Part shown: piece after piece, positions 10,973 through 20,321 of the stretch | How the letters are laid out: each line of letters begins with the position of its first letter | Numbering within the stretch: the first letter of the stretch is position 1 | NCBI GenBank assembly: GCA_024236495.1 | Contig: JACKKJ010000004.1 | Span: 201,783-265,782 of the forward strand | Reading direction: 5' to 3' | DNA length: 64,000 nt | Origin: Paracoccaceae bacterium | GTDB taxonomy: Bacteria > Pseudomonadota > Alphaproteobacteria > Rhodobacterales > Rhodobacteraceae | Made by a program: the position numbers and the translations under genes | Notes under the pieces: generated by a model | The model's input: the letters and a program-made list of their open reading frames with translations, nothing else | The model's database searches: none | Told to the model about the DNA's origin: nothing

Positions 10973-10991
10973 TGGTAAAAATTTTTGACCA
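10973..10991. promoter_or_regulatory. Putative GntR/FadR-family operator upstream of dctQM
   Basis: Near-palindrome TGGTAAAAATTTTTGACCA in an AT-rich promoter region. Confidence 0.55.
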
Positions 10992-11129
10992 ATTAAGCCA
11001 AGTTTGGCGATCGGTCAATCGCCGATACGGCACTTTGCGGAATTGTGCACAGGTCGAGCCATCGCGCCAGAGGCGATTGCCTTTTCCTAGGGTAAAGGTG
11101 GCAAGGGACCGGGCGGCGGCGGGCGCTGT

Positions 11130-11966
11130 TCAGCCGCCAAGGGGGTGCGCCTCGGGCAGGGCGATGCGGGCGACCTGTTCGGCGATCGGGTCGACCGAAA
11201 GGGGGTGGGTCTCGCCGCTGTGGTCTTCGGGGTTGCCGATATCCTGCCAGGCGCCGCCCTTGTAGATTTCAAGCGCCGCAAAATTGGCCTTGTAGCCCAT
11301 CTTGCGGCTGCCCGGCACCCAGTAGCCCAGATAGACATAGGGCAGGCCCATCGACCGGGCGATCTCCACATGATCGAGGATGATGTAGGTGCCAAGGCTG
11401 TGCGCAATCAGGGCCGGGTCATAGAAGCTGTAGACCATCGACAGCCCGTCATCGAGCACGTCTGTCAGGCACACGGCGGTCAGTGCGCGCGGCCCGCGCC
11501 CGCCGTCGCCGCGTGACGCATATTCGATGACGCGGCTTTTCACCGGCGTCTCCTCGATCATCGCGGCGAATTCGAAGATGTCCATGTCGGCCATGCCGCC
11601 GTCGGCGTGGCGACTGTCCAGGTAGCGGCGGAACAGCGCGAACTGGTCCTCTGTCGCCCAGGGGCTTGTCGCGTCGCGGCGCAGGCCCTCGTTGCGCTTC
11701 AGCGTGCGGCGCTGGCTTTTGTTGGGGGCGAAGTCGGCCACCCGGATGCGGGCAGAGAGGCACGCGGTACATTCCGCGCAGGAGGGGCGGTAAAGCACGT
11801 TCTGCGACCGGCGGAACCCCTGTTTGGACAGCGCGTCGTTCAGCCGCTTGGCGTTTTCGCCCTGAAGCGCGGTGAACAGCTTCCGCTCAAACCGCCCGTC
11901 GAGATACGGGCAGGGTTGAGGCGCCGTCACATAGAACTGGGGCGCGATGGGAAGCGTGTGTCTCAT
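11130..11966 (-). CDS. bpt: Aspartate/glutamate leucyltransferase (bacterial ATE1-like protein transferase)
   Basis: [37 protein letters not shown] motifs. Confidence 0.92.
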   Translation of the reverse strand: MRHTLPIAPQFYVTAPQPCPYLDGRFERKLFTALQGENAKRLNDALSKQGFRRSQNVLYRPSCAECTACLSARIRVADFAPNKSQRRTLKRNEGLRRDATSPWATEDQFALFRRYLDSRHADGGMADMDIFEFAAMIEETPVKSRVIEYASRGDGGRGPRALTAVCLTDVLDDGLSMVYSFYDPALIAHSLGTYIILDHVEIARSMGLPYVYLGYWVPGSRKMGYKANFAALEIYKGGAWQDIGNPEDHSGETHPLSVDPIAEQVARIALPEAHPLGG

Positions 11967-12090
11967 GGTCTTTGCCGGGTCTCGTCCGCGCGAACGTTAG
12001 CAAGCAAGGTCCGATCCGCCAAGCCTTTCGTCGCGGGGGGCTTTTCCCGCGCGATAATGCGGGGCGGCCATTGACCGCCCCGCGTTCGTT

Positions 12091-12525
12091 TCAATAGGCC
12101 CCGCGGCCCTCGTCCTTCGCCTCGCTCTCGCCGTCCTGGTCGCGCGCGGCACGGGCGCGTTCGTCAAGGTACTGGTCGAATTCGGACTTGTCCTTGCTGT
12201 CGCGCAGCCGCTTGAGGAAGGCCTCGAATTCGTCCTGCTCGCGTTCGAGCCGGTCGAGCGTATCGGCCTTGTAGGCGTCGAAGGCGGTGTTGCCGGAAGA
12301 CCGGAACCCGTGGCGGCGGGCCTGGGCCCAGCTTCTGTCGTGATGGCGGCTCTTGCCGCAGCGGCCAGCGAACATGCGTTTGCTCCAGATCATGTAGGCC
12401 AGGAGGGCAAGACCCAGCGGCCAGAAAAGAATGAAGGCCAGAACCGTGGCCACGATCCAGGCACCCTTGCCCCGTTCGTCCAGCCAGGTCTCGGCCCGGG
12501 CGGGCCAGGCCGCGATCGTCGTCAT
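12091..12525 (-). CDS. DUF2852-family membrane-anchored protein
   Basis: FILFWPLGLALLAYMIW TM segment followed by SSGNTAFDAYKADTL.RLE.EQ.EFE.FL.RLR..KDK.EFDQ. Confidence 0.8.
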   Translation of the reverse strand: MTTIAAWPARAETWLDERGKGAWIVATVLAFILFWPLGLALLAYMIWSKRMFAGRCGKSRHHDRSWAQARRHGFRSSGNTAFDAYKADTLDRLEREQDEFEAFLKRLRDSKDKSEFDQYLDERARAARDQDGESEAKDEGRGAY

Positions 12526-12544
12526 CTTGCGTCCTCCGCGTTGA

Positions 12545-12563
12545 ATGTGAATGTCTTTCACAT
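12545..12563. promoter_or_regulatory. Palindromic operator upstream of DUF2852 gene
   Basis: ATGTGAA-N5-TTCACAT just downstream of a TTGACA-N17-GATCTT promoter (minus strand, -35 at 12592-12597). Confidence 0.6.
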
Positions 12564-12635
12564 GAACGAAGATCGGAACTGTGGGCGGCGCTGTCAAGGC
12601 GGGAAGTAAATTATTTTAACATGGCCGTCGCGCCG

Positions 12636-13109
12636 CTAGCCCTGGACGAAATCCGCCCGCGTCGCGGCGGTGATCTCAAGAAGCTTGCGGGGGTCGATGG
12701 CGAAGACGTGCCGCGGCGTTCCGGCCGCCGCCCAGACCACGTCGAACTCAAGAAGCCGGGGGTCGAAGAAGGCCTGCACCGGCGCGATAAGGCCCACCGG
12801 CGCGACCCCGCCGATCGCAAAGCCCGTCTCGGCGCGCACGAGGTCCGCGTCGGCGCGGCCAAGCGGCTGGCCGGCAAGCGCGCTGGCCCGCGCGGGATCG
12901 ACGCGGTTGCCGCCCGCGGTGATGAACAGGACGACGTGGCCGGTATCCTCGCCACGGAAGATGATCGACTTCGCGATCTGGTCGATCGCGCAGCCCGCCG
13001 CCGCCGCCGCCTCTTCGGCGGTGCGGGTCGATCCCGGCATCTCGACGATCCGCACCGTCTGGCCGGCATCGGCCAGCGCCGTCTCGACCCGTTTCAGGCT
13101 CTTGCTCAT
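12636..13109 (-). CDS. YbaK/EbsC aminoacyl-tRNA deacylase family protein
   Basis: TRTAEEAA, QIAKS, TGFAIGGVAP, WAAAGTP motifs. Confidence 0.9.
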   Translation of the reverse strand: MSKSLKRVETALADAGQTVRIVEMPGSTRTAEEAAAAAGCAIDQIAKSIIFRGEDTGHVVLFITAGGNRVDPARASALAGQPLGRADADLVRAETGFAIGGVAPVGLIAPVQAFFDPRLLEFDVVWAAAGTPRHVFAIDPRKLLEITAATRADFVQG

Positions 13110-13225
13110 CGGTCCTTCCCCCTTGCGTCTCGCCCCGCAATCCCATGGCGGGGCGGCAAGTGCAATGCCCGGCGCGGTGCAGGGCGCCCGTTGACCGTGC
13201 CGCGCCCGCCGCTACTGTGCGGCCC

Positions 13226-16009
13226 ATGACCTTCGCATCGCGCCTGACCCGCTGTCCCATCCCCCATGACCCCGCCCGGGCCGAGGAACCGCGCGCGCGG
13301 TTCGCGGGCCTTGCGCCGGAATTGCGCGCGCTTGTGGAAGGGACGGCCGGATGCAGCCCCTATCTTGCGGGCCTGATGACGCGCGAGGCCGACTGGATCG
13401 AGGCAGCCCTTGCGGGCAGTCCCGAAGACGCGCTGGCCGATGCGCTGGCCCTGGGCGAGGGAATGGGGAGCGAGGCGCTCGGATCCGCGCTGAGGCAGGC
13501 CAAGGCGCGGGTCGCGCTTCTGGCGGCCTTGGCCGATCTGGGCGGCGTCTGGCAGTTGGAGGAGGTGACCGGGGCGCTGACGCGGCTGTCGGACGTTGCC
13601 GTATCGCGCGCCATGACCGCGCTTGTCGGCGACGAGATCCGGCGCGGCAAGCTTCCGGGGGCCGTGCCCGGCGATGTGGCGACGGCGGGGGGGCTTGTGT
13701 CCATCGCGATGGGCAAGACCGGCGCGGCAGAGCTGAACTATTCCTCCGACATCGACCTGATCTGCCTGTTCGACGAAACCCGCTATGACCCCGACGACGT
13801 GCAGGACGCGCGGGCCTCCTTCATCCGCGTGGTGCGGCGGATGACCGCGATGCTGTCGGACATGACGCCCGAGGGCTATGTCTTTCGTACCGACCTGCGG
13901 CTGCGTCCCGACGCCTCGGTCACGCCGGTCTGCATCTCGATGGGGGCGGCTGAACAGTACTACGAGGCGCAGGGCCGCACCTGGGAACGCGCGGCCTATA
14001 TCAAGGCGCGCGCCGCGTCGGGCGACATCGCGGCGGGCGAACGGTTCCTTCAGGCGCTGACGCCCTTCGTCTGGCGGCGGCATCTGGACTTCGCCGCCAT
14101 CCAGGACGCCCACGACATGCGCCTGCGCATCCGCGATCACAAGGGGCTTCACGGTCGCGCCTCGCTTGAGGGGCGCGACCTGAAGCTGGGGCCGGGCGGC
14201 ATCCGGGAGATCGAGTTCTTTACCCAGACCCGGCAGCTGATCGCCGGCGGGCGCGACCCCGACCTGCGCCAGCGCGACACCGTGGGCGGGCTGGCCGCAC
14301 TGGCCTGGAAGGGCTGGATCACCGACGAGGCGGCCGGGGAACTGACCCGCCACTATCGCGCCCACCGGGAGGTGGAGCACCGGCTGCAGATGGTGGGCGA
14401 TGCGCAGACCCATGCGCTGCCGGTGACCGCCGAAGGCTTCGACGTGATCGCGCGGATGATGGGGCAGGGCGACACCGATGCATTCCGCAGGGATCTTCGC
14501 GCAAGGCTCGACCGGGTGGCCGAGCTGACCGAAAGCTTCTTCGCCCCCGGCGAGGCACGCGCCACCCCCGACCTGCGCCCCGAGATGCAGGCGGTGGTCG
14601 AGGGCTGGCGCGCCTATCCGGCGCTCCGCTCGGAACGCGCGGTGAGGATATTCAAGCGGGTGGAGCCGGAAATCCTGTCGCGTCTCGGGCGCGCGGCAAA
14701 CCCAGAGGAAGCCCTGAACCAGTTCGACGGCTTTCTGCGCGGACTGCCCGCCGGCGTCCAGCTCTTTTCGTTGTTCGAGGCCAATCCGCAGTTGATTGAC
14801 CTTATTGTCGATGTTTGTTCAACAGCGCCGGCGCTTGCGGCCTATCTGTCGCGCAATGCGGGCGTGCTGGACGCGGTGATTGGCGGCGATTTCTTTGCGC
14901 CTTGGCCCGGTCTGGCCACCTTGCGGGCGGAGCTTTCGCAGCGATTGGCGGACATTCCGGATTATGAACGCAAGCTGGATGCGGCGCGGCGCTGGGCGAA
15001 GGAATGGCACTTCCGGATCGGCGTGCACCACCTGCGCGGGCTTCTGGATGCGCAGGCGGCGGGGCGCGAATACGCCGAACTGGCCGAGGCCTGCCTGTCG
15101 GCGCTGTGGGATCCGTGCCTGGCGGAGTTCGCGCGCAAGCATGGCGCCCCGCCGGGGCGCGGCTCGGTCGTGATGGGGATGGGGTCGCTTGGCGCCGAAC
15201 GTTTGAACGCCGCGTCCGATCTTGACCTTATCGTCATCTACGACGCCGACGGGGTGGATGCGTCCGAAGGGCCGCGCCCGCTGGCATCGCGGCAGTACTA
15301 CGCGCGGCTGACGCAGGCCTTGGTCACCGCGCTGACCGCGCAGATGTCCGAAGGTCAGCTTTACGAGGTGGACATGCGGCTGCGGCCCTCGGGCCGGCAG
15401 GGGCCGGTGGCGACCGGGCTTGCGGGCTTTCGCGACTACCAGATGGACGAGGCCTGGACCTGGGAACATCTGGCGCTGACACGGGCGCGCCCGGTGGCGG
15501 GGTCGTCCGATCTGGCCGCCGACGTCGAGGCGATCCGGCGCGAGGTTCTGGCGGCGAAGGCGGGCGGCGCGGGCATTCGCGCCGACGTGGCCGGGATGCG
15601 CGCCCGCATCTTCGCCGCCAAGGCCCCCGATGGCGCCTGGGAGGCGAAGATCGGCCCCGGCCGCCTGCAGGACCTGGAGCTTCTGGCGCAGATGGTCACG
15701 CTGATGGCCGCCGATCCCGCCCGCCGGGTGGAGGCGCAGCTGCGCGCGGGCCAGCGCGCCGGGTTCCTGACGAAGGAAGAGGAAGCGGCGCTGCAATCGG
15801 GCTACCGGTTCCTGTGGCGGTTGCAGGCGGGCGGGCGGCTTCTGAGCGACCGGCCGCTCGAGATGGAGGCGCTGGGCGAGGGCGGTCGCGCGTTCCTGCT
15901 GCGCGAGACGGGCTGCGAGGATCTGGATGGACTTTCCACCCGTCTGGCAGATACTGTGGCCGCGGTTGCAGCAATCGTCGGACGCCATCTGCCGGCGCCC
16001 GAAGGCTGA
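13226..16009 (+). CDS. glnE: Glutamine synthetase adenylyltransferase
   Basis: Two nucleotidyltransferase domains (MGKTGAAELNYSSDIDL; MGSLGAERLNAASDLDL) and DLRLRP/DMRLRPSG. Confidence 0.93.
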   Translation: MTFASRLTRCPIPHDPARAEEPRARFAGLAPELRALVEGTAGCSPYLAGLMTREADWIEAALAGSPEDALADALALGEGMGSEALGSALRQAKARVALLAALADLGGVWQLEEVTGALTRLSDVAVSRAMTALVGDEIRRGKLPGAVPGDVATAGGLVSIAMGKTGAAELNYSSDIDLICLFDETRYDPDDVQDARASFIRVVRRMTAMLSDMTPEGYVFRTDLRLRPDASVTPVCISMGAAEQYYEAQGRTWERAAYIKARAASGDIAAGERFLQALTPFVWRRHLDFAAIQDAHDMRLRIRDHKGLHGRASLEGRDLKLGPGGIREIEFFTQTRQLIAGGRDPDLRQRDTVGGLAALAWKGWITDEAAGELTRHYRAHREVEHRLQMVGDAQTHALPVTAEGFDVIARMMGQGDTDAFRRDLRARLDRVAELTESFFAPGEARATPDLRPEMQAVVEGWRAYPALRSERAVRIFKRVEPEILSRLGRAANPEEALNQFDGFLRGLPAGVQLFSLFEANPQLIDLIVDVCSTAPALAAYLSRNAGVLDAVIGGDFFAPWPGLATLRAELSQRLADIPDYERKLDAARRWAKEWHFRIGVHHLRGLLDAQAAGREYAELAEACLSALWDPCLAEFARKHGAPPGRGSVVMGMGSLGAERLNAASDLDLIVIYDADGVDASEGPRPLASRQYYARLTQALVTALTAQMSEGQLYEVDMRLRPSGRQGPVATGLAGFRDYQMDEAWTWEHLALTRARPVAGSSDLAADVEAIRREVLAAKAGGAGIRADVAGMRARIFAAKAPDGAWEAKIGPGRLQDLELLAQMVTLMAADPARRVEAQLRAGQRAGFLTKEEEAALQSGYRFLWRLQAGGRLLSDRPLEMEALGEGGRAFLLRETGCEDLDGLSTRLADTVAAVAAIVGRHLPAPEG

Positions 16010-16037
16010 GAGCGGAGCGGTGATGGCGAGGAAACTC

Positions 16038-16313
16038 ATGGAAATGTCGAAGGCCGATCCCAAGGGGCTGGTGCGCGAGAGCTACGCGATAGAGGGCATA
16101 ACTCTGGGTGAATGCCGGTCGATCTTCCTGGACTGGGCCCTGAGCCTGGCGCCGGGGACCGACCCGCGCGAGGCGATGCGCGTCCTGATCGCGACCTATG
16201 GGCCCGACAACGACGGCCATCCGATGAACGGGGTGCTGGCGGCGGGCCTGACAGAGGCGCCGGCGGCCACGCGCCGGGGCGGGCGAAGCGGCCGGCTGGC
16301 CGCGCGAGGCTAG
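16038..16313 (+). CDS. Conserved hypothetical protein (DPKGLVRESYAIEGI..ECRSIFLDWAL); start uncertain
   Basis: Directly downstream of glnE, GAGGA RBS, host-like codon usage. Confidence 0.7.
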   Translation: MEMSKADPKGLVRESYAIEGITLGECRSIFLDWALSLAPGTDPREAMRVLIATYGPDNDGHPMNGVLAAGLTEAPAATRRGGRSGRLAARG

Positions 16314-16370
16314 CAGGGGCCAACCCCGCGCGCCACGGTCGCGGGCGTCATCGGGAAAGGCTGCGTCAGG

Positions 16371-16844
16371 TCAGGGAATGGCGGGTTCCTGCGCGGCCGC
16401 CTCGAGTGCTGCGACATCCAGCTTGGCCATGTCCTGCATCGTCAGGAGCACGCGTGCGGCGACGGCGCCCCCTTCGGCCAGCAGGCGCGGCAGGATGTCA
16501 GGAACGATCTGCCAGCTCAGCCCCCAGCGGTCGGTCAGCCAACCGCACCTGAGCGGGGCGCCGCCGTCCGAGAGCGCCGACCAGAGCCGGTCAACCTCTG
16601 CCTGGTCCTCGGCCATGATCTGGATCGATACGGCGGGTGTCAGCCGATAGTGCGGGCCGCCGTTCATCGCGGTATAGCGCTGGCCTTTCAGCAGGAATTC
16701 GATGAGGAACGGTTCTTCCCCGTTACCCACCCCGTGCATGGGATGAACCTTCAGGATCCGGCTGTCTGGCAGAAGGCCGACGTAGAACTGTGCGGCCTCC
16801 TCTGCACCGGCCGGGTACCATAGACAGGTACAGACACTGGGCAT
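16371..16844 (-). CDS. VOC/PhnB-like (3-demethylubiquinone-9 3-methyltransferase domain) protein
   Basis: TCLWY..AEEAA.FY, NGGP, CGWLTDRWGLSWQIVP. Confidence 0.88.
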   Translation of the reverse strand: MPSVCTCLWYPAGAEEAAQFYVGLLPDSRILKVHPMHGVGNGEEPFLIEFLLKGQRYTAMNGGPHYRLTPAVSIQIMAEDQAEVDRLWSALSDGGAPLRCGWLTDRWGLSWQIVPDILPRLLAEGGAVAARVLLTMQDMAKLDVAALEAAAQEPAIP

Positions 16845-16949
16845 AGAGGAACCTCTGTTTCCGATTCCGTTCACGTTAACCTTTTGGTCACGTTTTCGCC
16901 ACAATTTCGTGCTGAATCTTGCCGTGGGGCGCGATTGACGAGTGAGATT

Positions 16950-17507
16950 ATGAACCTGCGAACGGTCTTGCGCCGTCCTGTGTCGCTTGGGGTTGCCCTT
17001 CTGTTTCCGATAACGGTGCTTGGCTTCCCCGCGCTCATGGAGCGGCTCGATTTCGACGGGCCGACGGTGTCGGCGCTGGCATGGGTGGTCTACATCGCGC
17101 TTTTCGGGTTTTCGGTGAATGCGGCCTGCCGCCATATCTACGCGCCTGCGCCCGAGCGGGCCGTCGATCCGGCGCCCGATGATGACGTCCGCGGCACTTC
17201 GCAAGTGCGTTGCGAAAGCCGCGCTGCCGATGGCGAGATTCATCGCCTTCTGAGCCTGCGGCGCCATCGCGGGCGCTATTCGGTGATCGCCGCGACCGTC
17301 GGGCTTCTGATCTGCGGCTGGGCGCTCTTGCGCGGCGATGCGGGCGTGCCGGGGCTGGGCCTGGTATCGACCAGCTATACCGTCATGCTCCTCCTGGCCT
17401 GGCTGGCGGTCAGCCTGGCCGCCAGCGACCGCGCCGTTCACGACGCGCTGGCCCGGCGGGACGGGGACGAACGGGACGGGGACGAACGGGCCGCCCCTCA
17501 GCGCTGA
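16950..17507 (+). CDS. Hypothetical 4-TM membrane protein
   Basis: Four hydrophobic segments; fills the gap between VOC gene and eda; 3' end overlaps eda by 10 bp. Confidence 0.55.
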   Translation: MNLRTVLRRPVSLGVALLFPITVLGFPALMERLDFDGPTVSALAWVVYIALFGFSVNAACRHIYAPAPERAVDPAPDDDVRGTSQVRCESRAADGEIHRLLSLRRHRGRYSVIAATVGLLICGWALLRGDAGVPGLGLVSTSYTVMLLLAWLAVSLAASDRAVHDALARRDGDERDGDERAAPQR

Positions 17508-18139
17508 AGGCGCGACGCCTCGCGTGCCAGCGCCTCGATCGCCGGCCAGTCGCCGGCGGCCACGCGATCCTTGGGGGCGACCCAACTGCCGCCGACGCAC
17601 ATCACATTGGCCAGCGAAAGGTATTGCGGCGCGCTCGCCAGCCCGATCCCGCCCGTCGGGCAGAAACGCACCTGCGGCAGGGGCGAGGCGAGCGACCCAA
17701 GCGCCTTTGCCCCGCCGATCGCCTCGGCCGGAAAGAACTTCTGGACGGTGTAGCCGCGTTCCAGAAGCGCCATCACCTCGGAGGCCGTGGCCGCACCGGG
17801 CAGCAGCGGCAGCCCTTCCTCGGCGCAGGCGTCGAGAAGCCGATCGGTCGCCCCGGGCGAGACGCCGAAGCGCGCGCCCGCGGCCTTGGCCGCCTTCACG
17901 TCGGCCGGGGTCAGAAGCGTGCCCGCGCCGACGATGCCGCCCGGCACCTCGGCCATCGCGCGGATCGCGTCGAGCGCGGCCGGGGTGCGCAGCGTCACCT
18001 CGAGCGCGGGCAATCCGCCGGCGACGAGCGCGCGGGCAAGGTCTGCGGCCGTGCCCGCGTCGTCGATCACCAGGACCGGGACCACGGGGGCCAGCGCGCA
18101 AAGATCGGCGGCGTGGCGGCTTTGTTCGGCGGGGGTCAT
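17498..18139 (-). CDS. eda: KDPG/KHG aldolase
   Basis: LEVTLRT, GAGT, KFFPAE, FCPTGGI motifs. Confidence 0.95.
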   Translation of the reverse strand: MTPAEQSRHAADLCALAPVVPVLVIDDAGTAADLARALVAGGLPALEVTLRTPAALDAIRAMAEVPGGIVGAGTLLTPADVKAAKAAGARFGVSPGATDRLLDACAEEGLPLLPGAATASEVMALLERGYTVQKFFPAEAIGGAKALGSLASPLPQVRFCPTGGIGLASAPQYLSLANVMCVGGSWVAPKDRVAAGDWPAIEALAREASRLQR

Positions 18140-18172
18140 GCGATCTTCCTTTCGGCGTTCACGTTGCGGCGA

Positions 18173-18216
18173 CTGCGGGAGCCTCCGGCGGGAGTATTTG
18201 GGCCAGACTGAAGGGG
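18173..18216 (-). repeat. Dispersed REP-like intergenic repeat, copy A
   Basis: Reverse complement CCCCTTCAGTCTGGCCCAAATACTCCCGCCGGAGGCTCCCGCAG is nearly identical to 22097-22141. Confidence 0.85.
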
Positions 18217-18250
18217 CCGCGCCGGGGCGGGGCCACGGTCGGAAGCCCGG

Positions 18251-20056
18251 TCAGACGACCAGCGCGCCGCCGGTTTCGGCGGGGCCGGCATGGGTTCGGA
18301 AGACCTCGAACAATTCGCGCCCGATGCCGTGGCGGTTTGCCGAAAGGTCGGCCGTGACGGGCGCGCGCGCCCCGAAATCCGGGACCAGCGCGTCGATCGT
18401 GCCGGCGGTGGCATCGACGCGCACCAGATCGCCGTCGCGCAGCCGCGCGAGCGGCCCGCCCGCCGCCGCCTCGGGGCTGACGTGGATCGCCGCGGGAACC
18501 TTGCCGCTGGCGCCCGACATCCGCCCGTCGGTCACAAGCGCGACCTTCAGGCCGCGATCCTGAAGGACGGCAAGGGTGGGCGTCAGCGAATGCAGTTCCG
18601 GCATCCCGTTGGCGCGCGGCCCCTGGAAGCGGACGACCACCACGCAATCGGAGGTGAATTCCCCGCGCTTGAAGGCGGCCTTCACCGCGTCCTGGCTTTC
18701 GAAGATGCGGGCCGGGGCCTCGATCACATGACGCTCGGGCGCCACGGCGGAGACCTTCATCACCCCGCGCCCGAGGTTGCCGGCCAGCTGCTTCAGCCCG
18801 CCGGAGGGCTGGAACGGGTCGGCGGCGGGGCGCAGGACCTTGTCGTTCAGGCTGTCGCGCGGGCCGTCCGTCCAGCTCAGCGCCCCGTCCAGAAGCTTCG
18901 GTTCCCGCGCATAGCGCGACAGGCCGACGCCCGCCACGGTGCGCACATCCTCGTGCAGGAGGCCCGCGTCGAGGAGATGCCCGATCATGTAGGCAAGCCC
19001 CCCCGCCGCGTGGAAATGGTTCACGTCGGCCAGACCGTTGGGATAGACCCGCGCCATCAGCGGCACCGCGTCAGAGAGTGCCGCGAAATCGTCGAGGTCC
19101 AGCAGGATGCCCGCCGCACGCGCCATCGCCGGCAGGTGCAGGACGAGGTTCGTCGAGCCGCCCGTGGCCATCAGCCCGACGATCCCGTTCACGAAGGCGC
19201 GTTCGTCCAGCACCTCGCCCGCGGGGGTGAAGTCGTTGCCAAGCGCGGTGATCGCGGCGGCGCGCGCCACCGCGGCCTCGGTCAGCGCCTCGCGCAGGGG
19301 CGTGCCGGGGTTCACGAAGGACGCGCCCGGCAGGTGCAGGCCCATGAACTCCATCAGCATCTGGTTGGTGTTCGCGGTCCCGTAGAAGGTGCAGGTGCCC
19401 GGCCCGTGGTAAGACGCCATCTCGGCCGCCATCAACTCGGTCCGGCCGACTTCGCCGGTGGCGAACTTCTGGCGGACCTTGGACTTTTCGTCGTTGGGCA
19501 GGCCGGAGGTCATCGGCCCGGCAGGCACGAAGACCGCCGGGATATGGCCGAAGGTCGCCGCCGCCATGATCAGCCCCGGCACGATCTTGTCGCAGATGCC
19601 AAGAAAAAGGGCCGCGTCATAGCAGTTGTGGCTGAGCGCCACGCCCGCCGACAGCGCGATGACGTCGCGGGAAAAAAGCGAAAGCTCCATCCCCGGCTGG
19701 CCCTGGGTGACGCCGTCGCACATCGCCGGCACCCCGCCCGCGACCTGCGCGGTGGCCCCGGCGCGGCGGGCGGCGGCGCGGATCCGTTCGGGGTAATGTT
19801 CATAGGGCTGGTGGGCCGACAGCATGTCGTTGTAGGCGGTGACGATGCCGATATTGGGTTGCCGTCCCCCGGCCAGCGCGCCCTTGTCGCCGCCCATCGC
19901 CGCATAGGCATGGGCCTGGTTGCCGCAGCTCAGGTGCGCGCGCGCAGGGCCGTCTTCGGCCGCACGGGCCATCCGATCCAGATAGGCTGCGCGCGGGCCT
20001 GCGGATCGGGTGCGGATACGGTCGGTGACGGCGGCAATCACGGGATGAAGCGGCAT
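18251..20056 (-). CDS. edd: 6-phosphogluconate dehydratase
   Basis: [43 protein letters not shown]. Confidence 0.96.
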   Translation of the reverse strand: MPLHPVIAAVTDRIRTRSAGPRAAYLDRMARAAEDGPARAHLSCGNQAHAYAAMGGDKGALAGGRQPNIGIVTAYNDMLSAHQPYEHYPERIRAAARRAGATAQVAGGVPAMCDGVTQGQPGMELSLFSRDVIALSAGVALSHNCYDAALFLGICDKIVPGLIMAAATFGHIPAVFVPAGPMTSGLPNDEKSKVRQKFATGEVGRTELMAAEMASYHGPGTCTFYGTANTNQMLMEFMGLHLPGASFVNPGTPLREALTEAAVARAAAITALGNDFTPAGEVLDERAFVNGIVGLMATGGSTNLVLHLPAMARAAGILLDLDDFAALSDAVPLMARVYPNGLADVNHFHAAGGLAYMIGHLLDAGLLHEDVRTVAGVGLSRYAREPKLLDGALSWTDGPRDSLNDKVLRPAADPFQPSGGLKQLAGNLGRGVMKVSAVAPERHVIEAPARIFESQDAVKAAFKRGEFTSDCVVVVRFQGPRANGMPELHSLTPTLAVLQDRGLKVALVTDGRMSGASGKVPAAIHVSPEAAAGGPLARLRDGDLVRVDATAGTIDALVPDFGARAPVTADLSANRHGIGRELFEVFRTHAGPAETGGALVV

Positions 20057-20097
20057 CGGGCCCTCTTGGATCGGTCGCGGGGTTCCTAACATAGAAA

Positions 20098-20109
20098 GTT
20101 AGCGCTAAC
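20098..20109. promoter_or_regulatory. LacI-family operator upstream of edd-eda
   Basis: Perfect palindrome GTTAGCGCTAAC with central CG, ~40 bp upstream of the edd start. Confidence 0.7.
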
Positions 20110-20321
20110 AACGATGGAATCAGCCCGGTCCCGGGCGCCCCCCGAGGGGCGACGCCCGGCCGGTCCTGGCCAAGCCTAGCATGCCCGCGACCGTAGGGCG
20201 GGGTCAAATCGGCACAGGTCCGGTCGCCGTAAGGATACGAAGACGCGCCCTTCCACCTTGCCCGCTCAGGCGGTAAGGGAGGACCAGACCCACCGGACCG
20301 CAACAACACCGGACGCTTCTC

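Noticed and set aside
16874-16890. CtrA-like GTTAACC site between the VOC and membrane genes
   Set aside because: Only a half-site; the second half matches poorly.
16371-18101. 576-aa ORF suggesting a large VOC fusion
   Set aside because: Only the last 157 aa (from ATG 16844) are VOC-like; the rest is an alternative frame over eda and the membrane gene.
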